Source: a virus (Duplodnaviria > Caudoviricetes). From it: a stretch of DNA of 64,000 nucleotides. Made by a program: the position numbers and the translations under genes. The stretch covers positions 5,311 through 69,310 of IMG/VR virus record IMGVR_UViG_3300020161_000771. One strand, 5' to 3'. Below the pieces are notes generated by a model. That model saw only the letters and a program-made list of their open reading frames with translations, was not told the DNA's origin and did not search any database. Below, piece after piece: positions 38,068 through 49,003 of this stretch (positions within the stretch are counted from its first letter, which is position 1; each line of letters begins with the position of its first letter).

Positions 38068-38691
38068 TTAAGCTTTATCTGCACCATCGTTAACTGCTTC
38101 CTCTGGTGTTCCTTTTCTAATTTTTAATTGATTTAATACTAAGTTAATCATATCTGAGATATATTCTTGAGGAACATTAACCTCAGCAGTTAAATCATCG
38201 TTTTCAGAGCTTACCATTCTAACAATAGGAGCTTTACCAACTAAGTTTGTATAACTCTTGAACCAAAGTTTTTTACCTTCAGCCCAATAGAATATTTTAC
38301 TAGGAGGATTCTTTAAGTTGTCCATGTAGTCCAATTCTCTTACAGATATTGGTATTGGAGCTTTTGCTAGTCCTGTAGAAGTAGGAAACGTTACTGTTGA
38401 AATACCATATCCTCTTGATAACCCTAAAGGCACTTGAGGTAATTCTGTATAATAATACCCTGTGTCTGTATCTAGCAACACGGTTAAGTTCTTGAACGTA
38501 GCATAAAAAGAATCTGCAACAGTTTCTATACCATCTAACTTAATAGCATCTGTATAGTTGATTTTAGCAATATAGGCTATCGCCTGATTCAAGTATACAT
38601 TTATTTCTTTTTCAGAAACACTTGCATCATCATTTGGCACACCGCCATATAAGATACGTCTTATCTGTTCTATTAATACTTTTCTAGTCAT
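38068..38691 (-). CDS. Head-tail ring/adaptor protein
   Basis: 207 aa; synteny and similarity of pattern to adjacent ring proteins. Confidence 0.65.
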   Translation of the reverse strand: MTRKVLIEQIRRILYGGVPNDDASVSEKEINVYLNQAIAYIAKINYTDAIKLDGIETVADSFYATFKNLTVLLDTDTGYYYTELPQVPLGLSRGYGISTVTFPTSTGLAKAPIPISVRELDYMDNLKNPPSKIFYWAEGKKLWFKSYTNLVGKAPIVRMVSSENDDLTAEVNVPQEYISDMINLVLNQLKIRKGTPEEAVNDGADKA

Positions 38692-39332
38692 TATTGACCA
38701 TCGTTTTTAACTGTTAAAGAAGCTCTTACTAAATCGCCGTCTTTTAAATTTATTCCTACAATACCTATTGTTCTATAGATAATATCATTCAAATCATTTT
38801 CAGGCCACTCTAATTGAGTACTAGCCGCATTATCATAATTTAATGTCCCAGTTACAGGCACCCATGCAGCATCTACAGGTTTCTTAAAATATACAATCTT
38901 AGCTGAAGCTAATGTACTTGGGAAGAATTTTAAATTACTTCCTATTTCTGTATATATAGGCTCTGTTATTGTTGGAGCATCTATTGGATTATTTACATAA
39001 GCGTATACCTTATCCGCACCTACTTTTCTTATAGAGAAGTCGTCGTTAGTTGTTCTCATAGCAGATATCTTATAGAAATCTGATGGGTAGGTAGCTAACT
39101 GACTAGATATAGTTAATGTAGATTCTTTTAAAAATCCAGACAATGACCCGCGAGTAACAAAAGGCTGACCTGTGCCTCTACCTGTTGTTTCTAGTGTTTC
39201 TTCTGTCAGGAAGTTCAAGTATTGCCTTTGGGCCATATTGATGGCCATGTTGAAATCATCTGGAGATAAATATGTGCCTTGGTATTTATCTACCAAATAT
39301 GATACAAGTTTATAGATGTCGTTAATATTCAT
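38691..39332 (-). CDS. Head-tail ring/adaptor protein (start likely MNINDIY at 39332)
   Basis: YLSPDDFNMAINMAQ...YFKKP..A.W...LEWPE pattern; the upstream track extension runs through a terminator and promoter. Confidence 0.75.
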   Translation of the reverse strand: MNINDIYKLVSYLVDKYQGTYLSPDDFNMAINMAQRQYLNFLTEETLETTGRGTGQPFVTRGSLSGFLKESTLTISSQLATYPSDFYKISAMRTTNDDFSIRKVGADKVYAYVNNPIDAPTITEPIYTEIGSNLKFFPSTLASAKIVYFKKPVDAAWVPVTGTLNYDNAASTQLEWPENDLNDIIYRTIGIVGINLKDGDLVRASLTVKNDGQ

Positions 39333-39343
39333 ATTGCAAATAT

Positions 39344-39376
39344 AAATAAAAAAAGCCCCCTGTAGAAACAAGGGGC
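39344..39376 (-). terminator. Rho-independent terminator
   Basis: - strand GCCCCTTGT-TTCT-ACAGGGGGC followed by TTTTTTTATTT. Confidence 0.85.
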
Positions 39377-39409
39377 CCTAACCAATAAAACCATAAAACA
39401 CGAAGCGTC

Positions 39410-40330
39410 TTAGGAATTAACCATATGTTTAATCTGAGAATAGAATTCCTTTCCTTTTTCAGTTAAGCAGAACTCTGATAAGAACTCAACAGGACTCTTA
39501 CCATCAGGAATTTGAGCAATAAACGATTTGCTATCGCCCCAAATTGCCTGGCCTTTAACCGAGCTTGTGTCTACTAATCCAGAATTCATAGCCTTCTGTA
39601 CGATGTACTGAATCTTTACTAATGGGTTATTGTAGGTTTTAATAAACATATCAGACTTCTTATCGGCTATGTCTAAGTAGTCGAATCTGATAGCTTTGTC
39701 TCCTCTTTCTACGTTTTGGCTGTTTGTGAACTTGATACCAAGATATTTAGCATGAGGAATCATCATATCTAATGGAGCTTCCATGGCAATCTTCATAGCC
39801 TGCATTCTAGTTTCAGCCTTCTCTAAGTTCTTATCTTCTTCAGCTTGGAAATCAAGCAGCTTGTACAAAGACTTGGTGCCTGCCATTCTATTCTTGTTGC
39901 TTTCGTTCATGTTGCTTTTCATCAAGAACTCAAGTAAAGACGGCTTGTTAGCTGGTACTCTTAAGTATCCGTTTACAAATCTAATATCTGGTCTAGAGCG
40001 TTTCTTTTGTTCAGACAAGTGTTCTTGCTCATCTTCCCAAATTGTGCTTACGCCCTCTAAATATCTAATGTTTCTTTCTGTGCCTGTTTCCTCATCATAA
40101 ATGATGTCAGCATTCTTAACAAGCCAATTTTCAGGGTAAGGTAACTTACCTGGACTTGTTACATAGAATTTCTGTGTTAATTGGAAAACGTAGAACTCTG
40201 GCTTCTTAGCCTGTTTTTTAGGAGCCTCTACTTTAATATCGGCAACCTCTTCAATTTGAGTTGGCGCTTCTAAGATATCAACGATATCTCCGTTAGCGTC
40301 AATAGTTTGTTTTTTCGTGGTTTTTGACAT
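39410..40330 (-). CDS. Conserved capsid-downstream structural protein (306 aa)
   Basis: RNIRY...TIWEDEQ...I.FVNGYL.VP pattern typical of the gene after the major capsid gene in this phage group. Confidence 0.7.
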   Translation of the reverse strand: MSKTTKKQTIDANGDIVDILEAPTQIEEVADIKVEAPKKQAKKPEFYVFQLTQKFYVTSPGKLPYPENWLVKNADIIYDEETGTERNIRYLEGVSTIWEDEQEHLSEQKKRSRPDIRFVNGYLRVPANKPSLLEFLMKSNMNESNKNRMAGTKSLYKLLDFQAEEDKNLEKAETRMQAMKIAMEAPLDMMIPHAKYLGIKFTNSQNVERGDKAIRFDYLDIADKKSDMFIKTYNNPLVKIQYIVQKAMNSGLVDTSSVKGQAIWGDSKSFIAQIPDGKSPVEFLSEFCLTEKGKEFYSQIKHMVNS

Positions 40331-40359
40331 AATGGTTTGTTTTATGTTACAAATATAAT

Positions 40360-40393
40360 AAAAAAAGAAAACCCCACCGCTAAACGATGGGGT
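40360..40393 (-). terminator. Rho-independent terminator after major capsid gene
   Basis: - strand ACCCCATCG-TTTAG-CGGTGGGGT followed by TTTCTTTTTTT. Confidence 0.85.
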
Positions 40394-40414
40394 CTCTTTA
40401 TAATCAAGTTAAAA

Positions 40415-41755
40415 TTAGCTCTTAACGCTGATGTATTGATTTGCAGCAAACACTTGGATACCGCAGTATGCCATATGGTGTACATTCAATTCCATCTTGT
40501 CAGAAGTAGGAACTTTAGCTAAAGCACCAGTTTCCCAAACTTTGATTTCTTTACCAGCTTCAACTTCATTGTAAACGATACGTAATGAAGGGATTTTGTC
40601 GCCAGTCTGAGCATCTCTACCGTCTTTAACAGGGATTAAGATACCGCTATTCTTGTAGTACTCTGTAGAAGGAGCAACACCATAAACAGCTTCAGCATTG
40701 AAAGGTAAGTATTTCTTTAAGTGGAAAGTAGTACCATCAATCTTTAATGAATCGAAACCATATTTGATTGCAACTTCGTTAGAACCACCAACTGCAGCCC
40801 ATTGAATAGCGCCGTTAGTGTACTTGTTGAATAATGCATCGTCAACAACAGTTCTTAAGTAAGAATCCATTAAGAAATGGTATTCGCTAGAACCACCATT
40901 GAAGTCAGCAAGACGAGCAAGAGCGTGGAAATCATCAATAGTGAAACCGCTAGAAGAAGCGTTCCATTGGTAAGTTTGACCGCCAGCCTCGATTTGAGGA
41001 ACAAGACCTGTAGTACCTACAGTTCCGCTGATGTTATCAGAAGGCTTACCGAACATTAATTTGAATTCCTTATTGTTCATGAAACGACGAACAGCTTCAT
41101 CAAGACCTTTGTAGGTATAGTAAGCTTGACCGTTTACTTCGAAATAAAGTTCTTCAATTTTAGCTCTATCAGTGATAGAGAAATCTTCACGGATTTCAGT
41201 TGTGTAGAAAGTCTTTCTTTCTGTAAGACCTGTTAAGCTGTTGAACTTAGTAGATGCTTCACCAGCTTCTGTAAGACCACGGAATAACAAGTGTGCAGTT
41301 GAGTTAGCACCTAAATCTGTGTTTGCGTCGATTGTAGAATCTAACGGCTTGATTGTGCAAGCAGTTGCAGAAGCTACCGCAGTGATTTTGTACTGAACGC
41401 CAGTTGCAGCGTTTTCAACTACTTCACCTACGCGTAATGGGCTTTTACCACCACTAACAAAAGCAGAGCTAATAGCTACGTCGATTTGAACACCTGCAGC
41501 TACGCTAGCTAAAGCACCACCATCCAACTGAACAGCTGAATGTAATTTACCTTTTGACTCAAAGTGGAAGAATTCGCGAGAAGGAACTGTAGCCTTCATG
41601 CCTAAAGCTTCTAATAATTGAGTGTAGTTCTGAGAACCATACTTCTCAATGAATTTGTCATAGTACTGTGGTTTTAAGATAGATAAGTCAGAAACGAACT
41701 GACGGGCTACCTGACCACCTGTAGGCTGTACACTGCCTGGTTGTAAAACTGCCAT
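40415..41755 (-). CDS. Major capsid protein
   Basis: 446 aa; follows portal and scaffold; strongly biased codons; strong terminator downstream. Confidence 0.85.
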   Translation of the reverse strand: MAVLQPGSVQPTGGQVARQFVSDLSILKPQYYDKFIEKYGSQNYTQLLEALGMKATVPSREFFHFESKGKLHSAVQLDGGALASVAAGVQIDVAISSAFVSGGKSPLRVGEVVENAATGVQYKITAVASATACTIKPLDSTIDANTDLGANSTAHLLFRGLTEAGEASTKFNSLTGLTERKTFYTTEIREDFSITDRAKIEELYFEVNGQAYYTYKGLDEAVRRFMNNKEFKLMFGKPSDNISGTVGTTGLVPQIEAGGQTYQWNASSSGFTIDDFHALARLADFNGGSSEYHFLMDSYLRTVVDDALFNKYTNGAIQWAAVGGSNEVAIKYGFDSLKIDGTTFHLKKYLPFNAEAVYGVAPSTEYYKNSGILIPVKDGRDAQTGDKIPSLRIVYNEVEAGKEIKVWETGALAKVPTSDKMELNVHHMAYCGIQVFAANQYISVKS

Positions 41756-41778
41756 TTTAAATTATTTTAATTTGTTTT

Positions 41779-42912
41779 TTAAATATTAAACATTGCATCC
41801 ACCATCTTATCGTAGTCATTAGAGCTTATAGCTGCCGATTGTCTTGGAGAATTGCTATAATCAATATTCTTCATACTCTTTAACAAATCTGCTTTCGCTT
41901 TGCTAACGGCTTGCGTTACCATAGAGTTCACAACTTTGTCTCTGTTCTGTAAGAAGTAGATGTCTTCTGCAAGTTGCTTGGTATCATACTTACCTTCCTT
42001 GTAGTAACGATTACCGTAGAAAGACTCTAAATCGAAAGCTTTCATGGTGTCTTGAAGCTGGGTTCTCTCTTCTTGCGTTAAAGAGAACTTTCCGTCAAAC
42101 TGAACATCCTCGTCCTTGTAATTGACGTTAAATCCATCAAAACTCCTCAAACCATCTTCAACGCTTTTTTCAAACGTCTCCCTAGCTTGCTGATACGCTT
42201 TCGTTTGCTCTTCTTGTTGAGCTGTCAAATACTGATTCACGTACTCTTCAGGATTCACATTTTGCTGTGGGGCCTGTTGGACTTGACTCAGAATATCTGG
42301 AAAACTAATGTCCTGTTTTAGCGTTTGCAAGTAATCCTTAGCCTCTCTCACATCTTTCTTAATCTCTCTTGCAATAGCCTTTTGCTGCTTCTCGATTTGT
42401 TTTTTCTTCGAAGCAATTTCTTCATCAGTAAGGAGTAAATCATCAAAGTCTGAATCTACAGAATACTTTGAGTGAAACTCTTCCTGAATTTCATCTGGAG
42501 TCCAATCTGGATAATCATATGCCATTTTAAGCATAAGAACCTCGTTTTCATCCATCTTATCAAGTTCTGAAAGAACTTTCTGTTCATACATAATATCCGC
42601 TAGCTGAGAAATATCTCCACTAACAAGGCTATCATATATAGTTTTAGCCATATCATTGTTCCACTCAAAATTGAATGGAGTTAGATCTTGGCCTTGAGCC
42701 TTATTTTCTTCCGTTTGCACAACTGGTTGTGCAGGTTCGGTATTTGTTTGCACATTTTGTTGTGCAGATTCGGTATTATCTTCAGAAGGAGCAGGATCTT
42801 GCTGTGGCAATTCTGTACCTTGTGATTCTTCTACTACCGTGGTAGTATTTGCTTGCGTATCTTGCGTTGAATAGCTAGACACGTCAAACGGGTTAATGTT
42901 CTCTTCGGTCAT
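41779..42912 (-). CDS. Capsid scaffolding protein
   Basis: Acidic disordered N-terminus and coiled coils; between portal and capsid; TATATTTG at 42932-42939. Confidence 0.75.
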   Translation of the reverse strand: MTEENINPFDVSSYSTQDTQANTTTVVEESQGTELPQQDPAPSEDNTESAQQNVQTNTEPAQPVVQTEENKAQGQDLTPFNFEWNNDMAKTIYDSLVSGDISQLADIMYEQKVLSELDKMDENEVLMLKMAYDYPDWTPDEIQEEFHSKYSVDSDFDDLLLTDEEIASKKKQIEKQQKAIAREIKKDVREAKDYLQTLKQDISFPDILSQVQQAPQQNVNPEEYVNQYLTAQQEEQTKAYQQARETFEKSVEDGLRSFDGFNVNYKDEDVQFDGKFSLTQEERTQLQDTMKAFDLESFYGNRYYKEGKYDTKQLAEDIYFLQNRDKVVNSMVTQAVSKAKADLLKSMKNIDYSNSPRQSAAISSNDYDKMVDAMFNI

Positions 42913-42959
42913 ATTGTTTGGTTTTATGTTGCAAATATATAAATATTATCACTCATTTG

Positions 42960-45410
42960 TTATTCAGCCTCAGGCTCTTGCATTCCTTCCTCATTCATCA
43001 TCTCTTCTTCACTCATCATTTCTTCTTCAGTAACAGAAGGTCCGCTTCTTTCTGCCTCTTCTTTAGCTATTTGACCCGACTCTTCTTGAACTTTCTTATC
43101 AAGTGCTTCTGCCATAGCTTGCTCTTCTTGAGCTTGAGGGTCTTGTTGCTGTTGTGCTTGCATCTGCTGCATCATAGCTTGCTGCATCATCTCTTGCTGT
43201 TTCTTGGCAAAGTAAGAACCTACGATTTGCTCTAACTGAGGACTTAATGGTCTACTAAATTCAAAAGACTTAAGAAGCGCTAACTGAACAAACTCCTGTT
43301 CTGACAAATCTTTCTTCATTGTCATCTCTGCACTTACAACAGATAACTTTCCTTGACTCTGTATCTGCTCTAGTTGAGCATCCATTTGAGCCTTCATTTG
43401 GATAGATTGTTGTTGAGATTGAGCATTCATTTCTGAATTCATTTGAGCTTTTTGAGCTTCGTCTTTCTGCTTTTTCTTTTTAGCTTTAGATAGATACATC
43501 TCAGATAGTTTAGTATTCTTGATACTCTTAATTCTGAAAGCATCTTCAAATTCAATCATTCCAGCAGATAGTGCAGTTTGAATCATTTGCTCCATAAACA
43601 TTTTTTCCTTGTCGTCTGGAAGAACTTCAATTTTCACGTCAAATGACTTACCTTCTACATTCTCAGGATTGAGGTAGTTTCTATATTGCTCACCACCATA
43701 TAATACTGAATCATATAATAGTAAAGAAATCTTAAATGCTGTTTGTTGGTATATATTTAAGTATGCGTCATATAAGAAATCGGTAGCGTTGTTAGATGCT
43801 TGTATTTGAGCTTGTTGAACTCCAAGACCTAGCTTTGGATTAACTCCAGAACCTTCTCTGTATTCGTTAACACCGATTTCATCACGAAGTCTATCTAAAT
43901 AATGGTTGTAAACTAAAATCAATTCTTGAATCTGACCAATACTTCCGTTATTTGGAGCTTCTTGTATTGGAAGGCCATTTGTTCCTTCTCCATCTTCTGT
44001 TCTTCTCTTATAGTAGATATTACCAGTTTGGTCGTAAACCTTTTGAAGCTCTAATGGATTCAATGCTTTACCCTGACCAATGTTAATATCAGATAATGAG
44101 TCGATGTCTATGATTAAACCTGACGGTCTAAGTTTTGCTACTAATTGCTGAATCTTTAAATGAGCCAATGTCATCTGCCTGATAGATGTTTCCATTCTTT
44201 CAGGGATAGCCATATTCTCTAGGTCAAGATTCTCAAACATATATAAGCTGTAGCTAAAATAAGCATCTGCCATTTCTTTTGCTACAGATGGCTTAATCAT
44301 ATTCTTGGCCACACCCCACTCTAGCATTATTTCTGTATTAAGAACATATACACCACGATATATAACATACATATCTCTAGTAAATAGTTCTTTATTCTCT
44401 CCTAGTCTTTGAGGTGCTTTTTCTTTCTTCTCTACAATAAGATTACCATACTTATTAGTCTTGAACTGATACATCATAGTATCAATAGTCTTGATTTCGT
44501 AGTCTATTACATCTACTGTCCAATCGTCGTATGGTCTGTCAATTGAATATCTAAATCTATCTTCCCACTTAACAGTTTGAGTGTATTGCTTAGAGTGCTT
44601 AGATAGTTCGTATATCTTTTCTTCGGTCATGCTAGGGTAGTTGTTTCTAATATCTACAATCTTCATAGATATAATTTCCCCTATAAAAGAAACATCTCTA
44701 AAGTCGTCGTATTGAGAAAACCCATAAAATAGGTTCTCAGGAACTACTCTTCTAACGTTAATTTTACCTGTATTAGCTACGCTAACCTTTGTAGCACCAA
44801 CTCCTGTTTCAGAAATATCCTCCAAAAGCTTTCTTTTAATTACCGGCCATCCATTGTCATGGAATACGTAATCGCAGCCTTTTTCAAATAAAATCTCTTC
44901 AGGTAATTGATATTCTAAACCAAAATATAATTCTAGCTCTTCGTAGTCTTCTGGAGTAAACCCGCCGTCTGGCATCAACTTAAGTCCAACTTGTTCTTCT
45001 ATTAGCTTTACTTTATCGCTATGGTTCATTCTGAACTCTGCATTCTCTTTATCGTAAACTTTCCTATCCACAGACACAGGATCAACAGCAGATGCTCTAA
45101 CCTTTTCTTCTCTCTTCATGAAACCACCTATAATAACCTGCATGAATTTAGGAGCGATTGCAGGGGCTTTCATATCTAGATTCACGAATGCTTCTTTACC
45201 ATCAACATTCAATAAGTCTAAAAACTCTGCCATCGGCTGTCTACCTCTTGAGAACTTTCTATTCTTTTCGAACTTCTTGTTCCTTCTACTGAAGTAGCCA
45301 CTATTATATGCCTGTTGCAAAAACTTAGATATCTTTAGGCCTTCTTTTTCATCTCTCTTCAGCTTGGAGTTGCCAAGGTGAAAATTAAGTATTTGTTTAT
45401 TCTCGCTCAT
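42960..45410 (-). CDS. Portal protein
   Basis: 816 aa directly after terminase; GVNEYREG motif; Q/E-rich C-terminal tail. Confidence 0.85.
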   Translation of the reverse strand: MSENKQILNFHLGNSKLKRDEKEGLKISKFLQQAYNSGYFSRRNKKFEKNRKFSRGRQPMAEFLDLLNVDGKEAFVNLDMKAPAIAPKFMQVIIGGFMKREEKVRASAVDPVSVDRKVYDKENAEFRMNHSDKVKLIEEQVGLKLMPDGGFTPEDYEELELYFGLEYQLPEEILFEKGCDYVFHDNGWPVIKRKLLEDISETGVGATKVSVANTGKINVRRVVPENLFYGFSQYDDFRDVSFIGEIISMKIVDIRNNYPSMTEEKIYELSKHSKQYTQTVKWEDRFRYSIDRPYDDWTVDVIDYEIKTIDTMMYQFKTNKYGNLIVEKKEKAPQRLGENKELFTRDMYVIYRGVYVLNTEIMLEWGVAKNMIKPSVAKEMADAYFSYSLYMFENLDLENMAIPERMETSIRQMTLAHLKIQQLVAKLRPSGLIIDIDSLSDINIGQGKALNPLELQKVYDQTGNIYYKRRTEDGEGTNGLPIQEAPNNGSIGQIQELILVYNHYLDRLRDEIGVNEYREGSGVNPKLGLGVQQAQIQASNNATDFLYDAYLNIYQQTAFKISLLLYDSVLYGGEQYRNYLNPENVEGKSFDVKIEVLPDDKEKMFMEQMIQTALSAGMIEFEDAFRIKSIKNTKLSEMYLSKAKKKKQKDEAQKAQMNSEMNAQSQQQSIQMKAQMDAQLEQIQSQGKLSVVSAEMTMKKDLSEQEFVQLALLKSFEFSRPLSPQLEQIVGSYFAKKQQEMMQQAMMQQMQAQQQQDPQAQEEQAMAEALDKKVQEESGQIAKEEAERSGPSVTEEEMMSEEEMMNEEGMQEPEAE

Positions 45411-45431
45411 AATTATAGCAAAAGTACAAAA

Positions 45432-47459
45432 TTAGATTACATCTAACTTGTAGGTTCTTACAGGCAATGTCGCCAATTTAACTTCTGTTTTGTTGTTTTC
45501 CAAAGATACACCAGAAAGTAGACTAATCATAAATGAAACTGTTCGGTCAAACGGAGTTCTATGCTCGTGGTCGTACTTTAGCAACTCTTCCAATAAATCA
45601 GTGAAATATATCTTCTCGCAATGGTTTTCTACATATGTGATACATGTGTCTAATTGCCTAGCCAAGGCAAAAGCATCTGATGACGCAACGCCATACTTAA
45701 CAGGTCCTTGTCTTCTCTTGAACCTATCTACTGCTGATTCTGGAGTTTTCATTAAGTACCCTTTATATCCTTTGTTTGAAAAATAGTCCACAAAGTCATC
45801 GCCTACGTCATTTTCATAACAAGCTTTATACCCCCAAAATATAGCAGCCTTTAGCATCTCTTCGTGAAACAGACTCTTTAATCTAGGTCTGTCTACGTAT
45901 TCAGCTATTGGCATACATGTATTCTTTGGGTCTTTTATATCAAGTCTTTCAAATACGTAACATGCTCCCATAGAACCTTTGCCACTAATAACAGAAGATT
46001 TGAATGGGTCAATTCCGCTACTATAAATCTCCTTATTGGCCGGGACTCTAATTCCGTTAATTTCTACCCACTTATTCTGCATGTCCTTTTCAGGAAACTT
46101 GTAGACTAGCCATGATCCATTAGGGTCATCAGCCCAATCTATAGTTTTATCGTCTTTCCAAAATAGTCTAACCTTTCTAAGTTTAACTCTTTCTTCTTTT
46201 AAGAAATCTAGTTGGTCGTATATCTTATCGGCATTGAAGTAACACTTCTTTGCGTCAATCATAAATGCCTCTTCTTCCGTAAACGGATTCATGCGGACCT
46301 CTTCTGATAGAGCTTTCTTATCTGTAATGATTCTTCTTTGGTTTAAAAGATAGTCTTTGCTTCCTATCTCTATCTTTAATCCATATCTTTCAAATATGTA
46401 CTTTTTCTGCTTCTCTGTAGGTACATCTATTATAGACATTCCATATTCGTCAATAAAACCTTCGTATCCGTCATACGCAGGGCAGAAGTATCTATATAGT
46501 CCTGTTGCTGTAACAGACTCTTCAAATTGATTACTCCCATCAAATAGTTCCTTGTATGGCTCTCCACCAGACTTAGCATCATTCGCTGTTGATGGGATAA
46601 GGCAGAATCCAACCTTAATAGCCCCTCTACCTAATGTCTTTTTAACAATAGGCCAATATTGGTTTACAGGAACTTCTTTAGGCCATTTGCCTGCCTCGTC
46701 CATTAATAACGCACTAACACGACCAGAGTCGTATGAGTTAAGCGCGGTATTCTTAAAGTTTATTTTAGATTCTAACCCTATGTCGTCATTGAATACTTTA
46801 CCCTTCTCTCTAGCCTTGCTCTTTCTCTTGTCTTTCTTCTTTTTAAATACAAGTTCTGTTTTAGTCTCTTCGTCTTCAGCCCTAGGCTTAAAGAATATAG
46901 GCAAGTTCCTATATCCGTTCATAACCATGTATACGAATGCATCACTAGCATCCTTACCTGTCTTAGATATGATACCGCAGAAAGACTTTCTTTTGGTAAT
47001 CGACTTCCATACTAAATAGCACGTGGCTTGAGATGTGGCACCCTCACGACGCTTCTTGATACGTATAATACCAAAGCATTGTGGGATAGATTCGCAATAG
47101 TCTTGGAAGTAATAGTACCTTCTATCCACATCTCTATAGTCTGGAGTATTGCCATCCTCTAGAGTCCAATATGTTAAATAGAAATAATGTAGTCCTGTGA
47201 TATATGTAGGCGTTCCGTTATTGTAAAACCAATATCCATTGTTTACCTTGTTCCACTCCTTTATTACAAAATCACGCTGTTCGTCAGAGTATAGAGCATT
47301 CTCGTCTTCATCAAATTCAAGGTCTTCAAATATATCAGGCAGTTCTAGTTTATAGAACTTTTGGTCCTCTTTGTCCATATCCCAATTATCTATATCTTCC
47401 TTCTTTGGAATATTTGGAGTCTTATATTTTATTCCGTATACCTCTTCTTCTTTATACAT
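45432..47459 (-). CDS. terL: Terminase large subunit
   Basis: KKRREGATS (Walker A), LMDEAGKW (Walker B), GIDP and FDRTVS nuclease residues. Confidence 0.92.
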   Translation of the reverse strand: MYKEEEVYGIKYKTPNIPKKEDIDNWDMDKEDQKFYKLELPDIFEDLEFDEDENALYSDEQRDFVIKEWNKVNNGYWFYNNGTPTYITGLHYFYLTYWTLEDGNTPDYRDVDRRYYYFQDYCESIPQCFGIIRIKKRREGATSQATCYLVWKSITKRKSFCGIISKTGKDASDAFVYMVMNGYRNLPIFFKPRAEDEETKTELVFKKKKDKRKSKAREKGKVFNDDIGLESKINFKNTALNSYDSGRVSALLMDEAGKWPKEVPVNQYWPIVKKTLGRGAIKVGFCLIPSTANDAKSGGEPYKELFDGSNQFEESVTATGLYRYFCPAYDGYEGFIDEYGMSIIDVPTEKQKKYIFERYGLKIEIGSKDYLLNQRRIITDKKALSEEVRMNPFTEEEAFMIDAKKCYFNADKIYDQLDFLKEERVKLRKVRLFWKDDKTIDWADDPNGSWLVYKFPEKDMQNKWVEINGIRVPANKEIYSSGIDPFKSSVISGKGSMGACYVFERLDIKDPKNTCMPIAEYVDRPRLKSLFHEEMLKAAIFWGYKACYENDVGDDFVDYFSNKGYKGYLMKTPESAVDRFKRRQGPVKYGVASSDAFALARQLDTCITYVENHCEKIYFTDLLEELLKYDHEHRTPFDRTVSFMISLLSGVSLENNKTEVKLATLPVRTYKLDVI

Positions 47460-48075
47460 CTACTTTAAAATGCTTTTTAGTAAACCTATCAACCTTATTA
47501 AATACATCTAGCCCTAGCGCAGTCAATGCATACCTTTTAATAGTATTGTCGCTAGATACAGATATTATAAAGTTATTCTTTTTGCCGTACCCAATAAAAT
47601 TAGTAAAGCTATAGCTTTCCCCTTCAAAGTCTTTTCTAAAGTCGTCTCTAGTAAAAAATGTGTACCTGCCAGCCCATAGGAAAAATGCACACTTGTCTAG
47701 TGGCATCTCTAGTATTTTAGATACCTTTTCTATCTGAAGCAGAAAAGAGTACATCTTGATAATAGCGTAGTCTTTGGTTCTAATCTTTCCCTTGCCTTCT
47801 TCTATACCTAGTTTCTTGTATTTGTATTTGGCATTGGCAGCAAACCTTTGAACATTCTGTAAGTGCTTATTTAATCCGTAGTTTAATTGGTAAGACTTGA
47901 ATAGCTTATATCCAAGTTCTCTTATTTTACCATTCTTTTGCTTACGTACTTCTGATACCTTATCAGCGTTCTTTTTATTCAAATGCTTTTGGGCTTTAAG
48001 TAGTTTCTGAGTCTTTATGTATGCATCATAAATCTCTTCTTTGGTAGAGTCTTTGGTTATATATGCTACGTTCAT
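47452..48075 (-). CDS. Hypothetical protein with coiled coil and wHTH-like C-terminus
   Basis: Track ORF; coiled-coil N-half; RYALTALG wing-like strand. Confidence 0.6.
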   Translation of the reverse strand: MNVAYITKDSTKEEIYDAYIKTQKLLKAQKHLNKKNADKVSEVRKQKNGKIRELGYKLFKSYQLNYGLNKHLQNVQRFAANAKYKYKKLGIEEGKGKIRTKDYAIIKMYSFLLQIEKVSKILEMPLDKCAFFLWAGRYTFFTRDDFRKDFEGESYSFTNFIGYGKKNNFIISVSSDNTIKRYALTALGLDVFNKVDRFTKKHFKVDV

Positions 48076-48365
48076 TTTACTAGCTCTTCAATTAGTGGTT
48101 TGCGCTTTGCCCTATCCTTATCCTCATCTCCTGTTAAAGCATTGTCTATCTTCAACTTCTTCATAGCATCATTGATATCTCCAACGCTATTAAAGAATTT
48201 CATAACCCTTTCTAAAGTACCATCGTCTTTATTAGACATGTCAACTTGAGTTAAGTCATTGTTATTCAATAACTTAGTTATTTCATTAAGCTTTCTATTC
48301 AGTGCATAATAAGCACCCAATATACCATCTTCTTCGTAAAGCTTTATTTTCTCTTTGTCTGTCAT
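48072..48365 (-). CDS. Hypothetical protein (97 aa), terminase small subunit candidate
   Basis: Helical, near terL; function inferred from position only. Confidence 0.5.
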   Translation of the reverse strand: MTDKEKIKLYEEDGILGAYYALNRKLNEITKLLNNNDLTQVDMSNKDDGTLERVMKFFNSVGDINDAMKKLKIDNALTGDEDKDRAKRKPLIEELVK

Positions 48366-48367
48366 GT

Positions 48368-48973
48368 TTAAATTTCTTTTGCTAGGCAGTCTGTATACTT
48401 TAATCGAATAAGTTTCTTTATTTTGCCACCCACATTATGCGTCATCTCATAGTCAGAATACTTGTATACTACAGCTACATCATCAATATCATAGTCAGTT
48501 ATAGACTCTGGCTTACCAATTATTTTAAGCTTGTTAGGTATTTGCTTTGGTTCACTCGTAAATATTAAACCTGACTTGGACTCAGGCATTGGCTCGTATA
48601 TCCTTTCGGCTAACATATAGCCGTCTATACATATAATATTTTCTCCATCTATACCAAAGTATACGAATGTCTCGTCGACTGCGAAGATTTTCGAAGTGTG
48701 TGGGATACCTGGGTAATCCAATTCGCATTCGTCAGACATACTATTGTGGTGTACCAATACATAGTCTCCTGCTTTTAAGTTTTTATAATCTGTTAATAGA
48801 ACTCCTTGTGTAAAGTTTGTAATACGGCTATCCCATGAGTAATCATTGGCAATATACAAATCAACTGATTTGCCGTCTTCTAATTCTATCTTGTGTAAGT
48901 CTTTTTCTTGGGTATCTACGTATACGATAACCCTTTTGCCAACAGGCTTGATTTTGTTAAATAAGTGCTTCAT
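48368..48973 (-). CDS. GroES-like co-chaperonin (tandem two-domain)
   Basis: KIKPVGKRVIV, GDYVLVHH, and a second repeat with SKSGLIF...DDVAVVY. Confidence 0.7.
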   Translation of the reverse strand: MKHLFNKIKPVGKRVIVYVDTQEKDLHKIELEDGKSVDLYIANDYSWDSRITNFTQGVLLTDYKNLKAGDYVLVHHNSMSDECELDYPGIPHTSKIFAVDETFVYFGIDGENIICIDGYMLAERIYEPMPESKSGLIFTSEPKQIPNKLKIIGKPESITDYDIDDVAVVYKYSDYEMTHNVGGKIKKLIRLKYTDCLAKEI

Positions 48974-49003
48974 TCTTATTGGTTATACGCAAATATACGT
49001 AAC

